This document shows positions 43,693 through 50,819 of a stretch of 50,819 nt of DNA, piece after piece. The DNA is from Candidatus Woesearchaeota archaeon (GTDB taxonomy: Archaea; Nanobdellota; Nanobdellia; Pacearchaeales; GW2011-AR1): the NCBI GenBank assembly GCA_964603295.1, contig CAZRUG010000005.1:1-50819 (forward strand), given 5' to 3'. Every line of letters begins with the position of its first letter. Positions within the stretch are counted from its first letter, which is position 1. The notes beneath the pieces were generated by a model, which was not told the origin of the DNA, did not search any database, and saw only the letters and a list, made by a program, of their open reading frames with translations. Made by a program: the position numbers and the translations under genes.

Positions 43693-46600
43693 TTATTTAT
43701 TTGTCTTCTCAACAGTTTTTGATTCAGCTGTTTTTTTCTGTGAATCTGGTTTTGTCAATGGACCTACAACTTGCACAGCTAATCCAGGAAGACCAGTGCC
43801 AACAGGAACAGGTTGATTCAAAATAATATTTTCAATAACACTTGCTAATTTATCTTTACTTCCTTTAATTGAAGCATTAATAAATTGTTTGTCTGGTATC
43901 TCAAAAGTTGCTCTTGCTAAAATCGAAGACTTTTGTGCAATAATACCCATACGAGTAACACCTTTAACATCACCAGTATTTGTCATTGCATCTGCAGCTA
44001 ACTTCAAGTGTCTCTTATCAATTGTAATCCCCTGGCCACCAATTGTTTCTTGAATTTCATTAATAATTAATTGACGAGCAGCTTCAACACCAAAAATCTT
44101 TGAAACTTCATGTAAATCATTAGACAATAATTTATCTGGATTAACTTCTTCATAACCAAGCATTTTCTTTAAGTTAGTTCCAAGAGTAATAATTACATAA
44201 TCCTTATCTCTCTTTACAACCAAAACTTGTTTAATTCCTTTTACACCAGAAATAATTGTTGCTTTTAATTTTTCCTTAAGTTTATACATTTCCTTAAATT
44301 CAAATTTACTTGCATCAAGAATAATTGTGTCACCCTTCTCTTCTAAATCAAACCCGGCTTTATTTAATCTTTGAACAACTTTCTTTAATGTAACTTGTAA
44401 TCTCTTTAATGCAGATTTATCAATTCTAATTTCAATAGATTTTTCACCAAAGTCTAAATTAATTTCAGAAGAAATTTCTTTAAGAGTTACTTCCTTAATT
44501 CTTTCAGCAAGAGATCTTGCACCTTCTTCTGTATTAAATTCTTTTTTCAAATAAATCTCCATCTTAGGTGAAGAAGGATTTTTACGAGCATCAAAGATTT
44601 CAATCATCCTCGGTAAACCAGTTGTAACCTGCATTTCAGCAACACCTGCCATATGAAAAGTTCTCATAACCATCTGTGTTGAAGGTTCACCAAAAGACTG
44701 AGCAGTTACTAATCCAATTGCTTCACCCGGTTGAACTTTTTCTTTTTTATGAAGAGTTGTAACATCAATTGCATCATCTCCATAAATAAACTGAATAATA
44801 TTATTATTACTATCTCTAACTGTTCCGTCGTATTCAACACGCATATCTTGAATTGCATTTGATAATCTTCTATACAAGTAACCTGATTTTGGAGTTCTAA
44901 GAGCTGTATCCATTAATGAATCTCTACCAGTAATAGCACCAAAGAAAAACTCATCTGGCCTCAAACCTTTAATAAATGAACTCTTAATAAAACCTCTTGC
45001 TTCCATAGATAAATCTTCTTTTTCAAAAAAAGACAAAGTTCTGTTAACATAACCAAAGTCAATTCTTTTACCACTTAACTGCTGCTGACCAACAGTATTT
45101 GCCATCTGAGTAATATTCAAAATCTTACCTCCACCTCCAGATTTCATCATAAAATTCAACTGATTAGTTTCAGGGAACTCTTTTTTAACAATTGAACCAA
45201 TCTTAGTTCTAACATCATTTAAAACTTGAAGAATTCTAATTTCTCTTGACTCAGCCATATCTTTTCCAGGAAGTAATTCAATTGTTCCATCTTCAAATGA
45301 TTGAATAATCTCATCAACTTTCTTTCTTGCATTTTCAATAACATCATTACCTTTTTTAATAACAGCATCGTCTAAATCAAAATCTTCAACTGATAAAGAC
45401 AATCCATGAGTATCAAGATAACTTCGACCAATACTAAAAGCATCTTGAATTGTTTTAAATACAGTATATCTATCAAACTTTTTATCAAGTTCTTTAATCA
45501 ATTGACCTCCTTCATCTCCAAATACAGTTTTATCAATAATTCCTTCTTTAATTTTTCCCCCTTTAATTTCTAAAGAATCATTCTTAAAATCAATATCTGG
45601 AAGAATTTCTGAAAATACTTCATTACCTGAAACAGTTTTCTTTGAAAAATTAGAAATCACATTACAAGAAGAATAAAGTAATTGTTGTGCTTCAGATTTA
45701 TCAAAATCATTTGTTCCAACAAGATAATCTCCTGTAACAGCATCCTTAATACATCCAATAAAATTTGTATTATTTTTAGGAGAAATTAAATTTGATTTAA
45801 CATCTAATAAAATCTTTGCTTCAGCTCTTGCTTCTTCTGTTTGAGGGGAATGAATATTCATCTCATCACCGTCGTAATCACCAGCATAAGGCATTAACAC
45901 AGATGGGTGAACTCTAAAAGTTCTTCCAGGGAAAACCTTTACGAAGTGGGACATTAAACTTCCTTTATGCAATGATGGATGACGATTAAACAATACAACA
46001 TCTCCATCCTGCAAATGTCTTTCAACTTTATAACCTGAAACAAGCTCTGCAATAATTTCTTCTTTTAATTCTTCTGTAATTTTCTTTCTCTTTCCATCAG
46101 GCCTAATAACATAATTAGCACCAGGATATTCAGAACCTTTTTCAACAAGTTTTTTTAATTTTTCAATATTCAAATCATTCACTGTTTCTGCAACAGTAAC
46201 AATCTTTGCAATTTCATAAGGAACCCCAATTTCATTAATTGCCATATAACAATCCGGAGAAATAACAGTACGTGCAGAATAATTAACACGCTTACCAGCC
46301 AAGTTCTTTCTGATTCTACCTTCTTTGCCTTTAATTCTTTCAGTAATTGTTTTCAAAGGCTGACCACTTCTATGTCTTGCAGGAGGAATTCTTGCAACTG
46401 AATTATCAAAAAAGGTTGTAACATGAAATTGTAATAAATCCCATAAATCTTCAATAATAACTTCGGGTGCACCAGCATTTAAATTCTCCCAAAGTCTTTG
46501 ATTAGCTCTAATAATATCTGATAACTTATGAGTTAAATCATCTTCTGATCTTTCACCAGATTCTAAAATAATTGAAGGCCTAACAGTTACAGGCGGAACT

Positions 46601-47184
46601 AACAACGATGTTAAAATTGCCCACTCAGGACGACAAGTTCTTGCATTAACTCCAATCTTTTTTAATTCTTCATCCGGAATTTTAACTAAAATTTCTCGAA
46701 TATCAATTGGGAAAAGTCTTTTTCTTCCAATATAAAAACTAGTTGGTTTATCTAACTTAACTTTTTCATTTGCAACACCACAATGCGGACATTTTGCCTT
46801 GTCTTTTGCTTTTTTAGCTCTTTCATTTGGAGAATATTTTTCTAAGTATTTATCTTCAAGCATTAATTTTCCACAATCTCTACAAAAACATCTTAATCCT
46901 AATTCAACTAAGGGAATATATTTCAAATGCATAAGTGGTCTTGCTAATTCAATATGTCCTGGGTGACCTAAACATTCTTTAATTCTCCCCCCACAAGTCC
47001 GACATCTAACACCTGGATCAACAGCACCCATTCTTAAATCCATTAAACCACCGTCGACAGGATAACCATCCATATCATAAAGTTCAGGTGTAACTATCTT
47101 TGCAGCTGAAATTGATTTAATCTGTTCTGGATTAAATAGGGAAAATCTTAACTTTCCAACTTTTTTACTAATTGCTTTATTCAT
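43693..47184 (-). CDS. rpoA: DNA-directed RNA polymerase subunit A, with A' and A'' encoded as one 1163-aa polypeptide
   Basis: The zinc-binding N-terminus, the YAGDYDGDEMN active site, the bridge helix (GAITGRDSLMDTALRTPKSGYLYRRL) and the A''-type trigger loop (PGEAIGLVTAQSFGEPSTQMVMRTFHMAGV) all lie in one uninterrupted frame. Confidence 0.95.
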   Translation of the reverse strand: MNKAISKKVGKLRFSLFNPEQIKSISAAKIVTPELYDMDGYPVDGGLMDLRMGAVDPGVRCRTCGGRIKECLGHPGHIELARPLMHLKYIPLVELGLRCFCRDCGKLMLEDKYLEKYSPNERAKKAKDKAKCPHCGVANEKVKLDKPTSFYIGRKRLFPIDIREILVKIPDEELKKIGVNARTCRPEWAILTSLLVPPVTVRPSIILESGERSEDDLTHKLSDIIRANQRLWENLNAGAPEVIIEDLWDLLQFHVTTFFDNSVARIPPARHRSGQPLKTITERIKGKEGRIRKNLAGKRVNYSARTVISPDCYMAINEIGVPYEIAKIVTVAETVNDLNIEKLKKLVEKGSEYPGANYVIRPDGKRKKITEELKEEIIAELVSGYKVERHLQDGDVVLFNRHPSLHKGSLMSHFVKVFPGRTFRVHPSVLMPYAGDYDGDEMNIHSPQTEEARAEAKILLDVKSNLISPKNNTNFIGCIKDAVTGDYLVGTNDFDKSEAQQLLYSSCNVISNFSKKTVSGNEVFSEILPDIDFKNDSLEIKGGKIKEGIIDKTVFGDEGGQLIKELDKKFDRYTVFKTIQDAFSIGRSYLDTHGLSLSVEDFDLDDAVIKKGNDVIENARKKVDEIIQSFEDGTIELLPGKDMAESREIRILQVLNDVRTKIGSIVKKEFPETNQLNFMMKSGGGGKILNITQMANTVGQQQLSGKRIDFGYVNRTLSFFEKEDLSMEARGFIKSSFIKGLRPDEFFFGAITGRDSLMDTALRTPKSGYLYRRLSNAIQDMRVEYDGTVRDSNNNIIQFIYGDDAIDVTTLHKKEKVQPGEAIGLVTAQSFGEPSTQMVMRTFHMAGVAEMQVTTGLPRMIEIFDARKNPSSPKMEIYLKKEFNTEEGARSLAERIKEVTLKEISSEINLDFGEKSIEIRIDKSALKRLQVTLKKVVQRLNKAGFDLEEKGDTIILDASKFEFKEMYKLKEKLKATIISGVKGIKQVLVVKRDKDYVIITLGTNLKKMLGYEEVNPDKLLSNDLHEVSKIFGVEAARQLIINEIQETIGGQGITIDKRHLKLAADAMTNTGDVKGVTRMGIIAQKSSILARATFEIPDKQFINASIKGSKDKLASVIENIILNQPVPVGTGLPGLAVQVVGPLTKPDSQKKTAESKTVEKTNK

Positions 47185-47187
47185 TTT

Positions 47188-50100
47188 TTATTCGTACCTG
47201 TTTTTTAATTCAAAAGAAGTAAGGATGTGAAGTCCTTGCAATTCTTCTAATAATAATTTAAATGCATATGAAACCTCAATAGGTTCATTTTCAGTGCTTG
47301 CACAAATTGGACAAACAACTTTATTTCTTATTGAATCTTCAATTCCAATTGAACCGCACTTAGTGCAAATTGGTAACACTACTTTATCTGAATCATATCT
47401 TTCTTTTAAAAGTAATGATGCACCATGAGCAACTAATGCTTGCTGTTCCATTTCACCTAATCTCAAAGCACCTCCACGAGCACGTCCTTCAACTGGCTGT
47501 CTTGTTAACAATGCAACCTTACCAGATGCACGACCATGAATCTTATTTGCAACCATATACTTAAGTTTAAGATAATAAAGATTACCAACAAAAATCTTTG
47601 TCTTAATTCTTTTACCACTAATGCCATTATACATTGTTTCTTTACCATCAAATCTAAATCCTAACTCAACTAATTGTTTTTCAAGTTCATCCTTACTTGT
47701 ACCTGAAAAGGGGGTTCCATCGACAACATTACCTCTTAAAGCACCAACTTTACCTGCAAGTAATTCTAATAAATAACCAACAGTCATACGCGAAGGCAAA
47801 CCATGAGGATTAAACATTACATCTGGCTTAATTCCACTTGAAGTAAAAGGAATATCTTCTTCAGGAACAATTGCTCCAATAACACCTTTCTGACCATGAG
47901 AAGTTGCATACTTATCACCTAATTCAGGAATTCTCTGGTCTCTTGTTTTTGCTTGAACAATTTTATTTCCTTCTGAATCTTCTGTAATAAAAACACTATC
48001 AATAATTCCTTCTTCTTCTTGCCTTAAAGAAATACTTGATTCTTTCTTTGTTCTAATTGAAATCTCTCTTGCTTCTGACAAGAATTTTGGAGGCGAAACC
48101 TTTCCAATCAAAACCTCCCCTTCTTTAACATCTGCTTCAGGATAAATGACTCCGTCATCTTCTAAATGCCTATAACTTGATTCAGTTTTATAGCCAACAG
48201 TATCTTTATCAACAATACCAATTTCATCTTTTAATCCACCTGCATAATTCATTTCAACAGCAGAATAAGGCCTATAATAGAAACTTCGTCCAACACCTCT
48301 ATCCAGACTACCTTTATTAAAAACCAATGCATCCTCAATATTATAACCATCATAACCCATAATTGCAACAACTAAATTTTGTCCAGCTGGATAAGTTTCC
48401 AAAGTATCATAAACAAAACTTCTTACAATTGGTTTTTGAGGGTATTGTAATAAACTAACATCAGTATCTAATCTAACATGATAATTTGAAGCATATAATC
48501 CAAGTGCCTGTTTCTGTGTCTTTGAACCTCTATTAAGTCTCGCACTCTGATCATGATTTCCATACGGAACTAATGAAGTAACAACACCAAGTAAATCCAT
48601 TGCATCAATTTCTAAATGAGTATGTTTATCAGTAACTTCTTCCTTATATAGGGCGACCAAAGAATTTTCTTCTTCAGCAGCATCAAGATATTCAATAATT
48701 CCTTTATTAATCAAATCACTCCATTTTAATTCTCCTTGTTCTAATTGAATCATATGTTCATTTGTTAATCTTGGATTTCCATTATCAAGAATAATTAAAG
48801 GTCTTAAAACTCTTCCAGGTTCTGTTGAGATCAAAACCATTCCTAAATTTGGCGCATTTCGAATATTAAGTTGCAAAGAAAGATCTCCTGTCCTTCTTCT
48901 ATCTCTAATTTTTTGAGTAAAATCTTCTGGGTTTTTAACAGAACCAATAAACATACCATTAAAGAAAACATCTGCACCTTCATAACCCTCTTTATCTAAA
49001 CCTTCTTCTTCAAGTTCTTTAAAGAATTTTTGTTCATCCATTCTAATTCTTGTAGAAACCTTACTTAAAATAGCAAGATTTTTTCTTAAACCAATTTCAG
49101 TTCCTTCAGGAGTTTCAATTGGACAAAACCTACCATAATGAGTTGGATGCAATGTTCTTGCTAAAAAGTTTTCTTGGTCTGAAGACAACATTGAAGAAAC
49201 CCTCTGTAATTGAGAAATTGTATCTAAATAATTTGTCTTTTGCATATTTTGTGTAACACCAGTTCTTTCACCAGTCCACGAACCAGTTGCAATTGAAGAC
49301 TCAACTCTATGAGAAAATAAAGTAGATTTAGCTAAAACCTTAATTGAAAAGAATTTCTTTCTCTTTGAAGATTTCTGTAATGAATATTGTAAATCTCTAA
49401 TCAAGATTCCTAAATTAACTCTAAATAAACTTGCTAACAAATCACCAGAAAGTCTAACTCTCTTATTAGCATAATGGTCTTTATCAGTTCTCCATTCAGG
49501 ATTTCTTTTAGCAACTAAAAATTGCTTAACTAATTTACAAAGAGTAATTGCTTTTTTCATTCTCAAATCTTTTTCAACCCCAATATGTGGGAAAAGATAA
49601 GAATCAATTCTTTGATTAACTCTTTGAAGAATTTCTTTTGGAGTTCCTTGAAGATTAAGTTTTTCAGCAATATACATCATTGCATCTTCTTGAGTTTCAA
49701 GATTAACATATTCATATAAATTAACAATTACACTATCTCTGTCTTCACCAAAATATTTTGCCATATCTGATTCTTTTGTTAAACCTAAAGCTTTCAAAAC
49801 AACTACTACTGGCAAGCTCTTGAATCTACTAAAAGAAACTTCAAAAACACCATCTTTAGCTTCAGTAATTAAAGTAGGAATTCTATAAGTTCCTTTCAAA
49901 GAGAATAATTTTAAATTAAGATTTCCTTTATTATCGTTTTCAATAAAAGGTTGGTTTTCTGCCAAGTCTTCAGCCATAACCATTACTCTTTCATTTCCTT
50001 TAATAATAAAATAACCTCCAGGATCTTTTGGGTCAATATTGTTTTCAACCAAAGCCTTATCATCCATTCCATAAGTATTACAAACTTTACTTTTAACCAT

Positions 50101-50442
50101 TACAGGAATCTTACCAATTTCTACAATTTCTGAATCAACCTGATCATCTTTTTTAACAGTTAATTCTAAAGTCACAGGAGCAGAATAAGTTAAGTTTCTA
50201 ATTCTTGCTTCAGCAGGAGTTAAAATAGAAGAGCTTCCATCAGCCTCTATAACTTTTGGTTGACCAACCTCAATTTTTCCCAACCTAATTTCAAAATCTT
50301 CATTGTCCAACCCTTCAGAAATTTCATCAACAATTTCTTGCATTCGAAAATCTAAGAAATTATTAAATGAGGTTACATTTGATTCTACAAGAGAATGCTC
50401 TTCCAAATACTTTTTAATAATTAAATGATTTTGATTTGCCAT
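47188..50442 (-). CDS. rpoB: DNA-directed RNA polymerase subunit B (unsplit)
   Basis: It is similar to RpoB along its full length (e.g. GDKYATSHGQKGV, GEMEQQALVAHGA, C-terminal Cys4 zinc ribbon). Confidence 0.97.
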   Translation of the reverse strand: MANQNHLIIKKYLEEHSLVESNVTSFNNFLDFRMQEIVDEISEGLDNEDFEIRLGKIEVGQPKVIEADGSSSILTPAEARIRNLTYSAPVTLELTVKKDDQVDSEIVEIGKIPVMVKSKVCNTYGMDDKALVENNIDPKDPGGYFIIKGNERVMVMAEDLAENQPFIENDNKGNLNLKLFSLKGTYRIPTLITEAKDGVFEVSFSRFKSLPVVVVLKALGLTKESDMAKYFGEDRDSVIVNLYEYVNLETQEDAMMYIAEKLNLQGTPKEILQRVNQRIDSYLFPHIGVEKDLRMKKAITLCKLVKQFLVAKRNPEWRTDKDHYANKRVRLSGDLLASLFRVNLGILIRDLQYSLQKSSKRKKFFSIKVLAKSTLFSHRVESSIATGSWTGERTGVTQNMQKTNYLDTISQLQRVSSMLSSDQENFLARTLHPTHYGRFCPIETPEGTEIGLRKNLAILSKVSTRIRMDEQKFFKELEEEGLDKEGYEGADVFFNGMFIGSVKNPEDFTQKIRDRRRTGDLSLQLNIRNAPNLGMVLISTEPGRVLRPLIILDNGNPRLTNEHMIQLEQGELKWSDLINKGIIEYLDAAEEENSLVALYKEEVTDKHTHLEIDAMDLLGVVTSLVPYGNHDQSARLNRGSKTQKQALGLYASNYHVRLDTDVSLLQYPQKPIVRSFVYDTLETYPAGQNLVVAIMGYDGYNIEDALVFNKGSLDRGVGRSFYYRPYSAVEMNYAGGLKDEIGIVDKDTVGYKTESSYRHLEDDGVIYPEADVKEGEVLIGKVSPPKFLSEAREISIRTKKESSISLRQEEEGIIDSVFITEDSEGNKIVQAKTRDQRIPELGDKYATSHGQKGVIGAIVPEEDIPFTSSGIKPDVMFNPHGLPSRMTVGYLLELLAGKVGALRGNVVDGTPFSGTSKDELEKQLVELGFRFDGKETMYNGISGKRIKTKIFVGNLYYLKLKYMVANKIHGRASGKVALLTRQPVEGRARGGALRLGEMEQQALVAHGASLLLKERYDSDKVVLPICTKCGSIGIEDSIRNKVVCPICASTENEPIEVSYAFKLLLEELQGLHILTSFELKNRYE

Positions 50443-50648
50443 TATACAACAACCCTATAATATAAATTTAATTCTCCCTCGTCCTTTCTTTCAATTTTAA
50501 TAACATCTCCGACTTTACAATCTTCAGAAAGAGCGGGATCACTTGAAAGAATTTTTGGTAATTGGGTTCGAGATATATTTAATTTAGATAAAAGTTCTTC
50601 AGTTTCTTTTTCATTTAATTTGGTGTGTTTTGCTTGTAGAATGTGCAT
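50442..50648 (-). CDS. rpoH: DNA-directed RNA polymerase subunit H (Rpb5 C-domain)
   Basis: It contains QLPKILSSDPALSEDCKVGDVIKIERK...YYRVVV. It overlaps the rpoB start by 1 nt. Confidence 0.9.
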   Translation of the reverse strand: MHILQAKHTKLNEKETEELLSKLNISRTQLPKILSSDPALSEDCKVGDVIKIERKDEGELNLYYRVVV

Positions 50649-50662
50649 GTTATTGAGCCTCT

Positions 50663-50680
50663 GAATTTAAAAAGTTGCAC
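50663..50680 (-). promoter_or_regulatory. rpoH-operon TATA-like element (GTGCAACTTTTTAAATTC on the minus strand)
   Basis: The TATA segment lies about 16-27 nt upstream of the rpoH ATG. A second CGAAAGATTTAAAAA element lies at 50739-50753. Confidence 0.45.
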
Positions 50681-50819
50681 AGTTTTAACCAATTAAAACA
50701 TTAACAACTTGATAATAATAAAACAAACAAAAATTTGGTTTTTAAATCTTTCGTCCATAGTGCATTGTTACCTTAAAGGTTGGTAAGATACTATATTTTA
50801 AATTTTATTTAATTTTTCT

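Noticed and set aside
1-50819. I searched intergenic regions by eye for tRNA, rRNA, SRP or RNase P RNA, C/D-box sRNAs, transposases, integrases and CRISPR arrays.
   Set aside because: I recognised no cloverleaf-like GC-rich segments, T-loop (GTTCRAATC) motifs, box C/D pairs or recombinase ORFs. I cannot exclude small RNAs without tRNAscan-SE/Infernal.

Overview
This is a very AT-rich archaeal window (about 30% G+C by eye, not computed). It is densely coded and looks like a reduced DPANN-type genome; that placement is inference only. The right third holds the archaeal transcription/translation supercluster on the minus strand: rpoH, rpoB, a single fused rpoA, nusA, rps12, rps7, fusA (EF-2) and tuf (EF-1alpha). 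The cluster is eroded. There is no L30e gene, uppP sits between fusA and tuf, and rps10 lies 26 kb away. A foreign-looking ORF and a repeat scar separate rps7 from fusA. The rest of the window encodes:
- DNA/chromosome proteins: an SMC-like ATPase, an Lhr helicase with a metallophosphoesterase, DnaG, endonuclease IV, a MutS-like ATPase and a PC4-like protein.
- A thymidylate set: a kinase-dCMP deaminase fusion, Tmk and a double-domain ThyX.
- SerS, a PAS histidine kinase with a CheY-like receiver, transporters, HtpX, cyclophilin and a CcdA/thioredoxin pair.
- Several surface proteins, including a pilin-LamG fusion.

Many genes have a TATA octamer 22-30 nt before the ATG, which suggests leaderless mRNAs. 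I saw no rRNA, tRNA, CRISPR array or transposase.

The most interesting observations are:
1. SMC heads joined by a Rad50-style CxxC hook instead of a hinge.
2. A promoter-supported, Ser-rich 16-codon mini-ORF plus paired palindromes directly upstream of serS.
3. A duplicated rps7 3' end with GC-rich direct repeats and a ParB-like ORF.
4. A promoter-bearing 98-aa dph2 stump, although EF-2 keeps the diphthamide histidine.
5. An unsplit, shortened rpoA.
6. A pseudo-dimeric ThyX.
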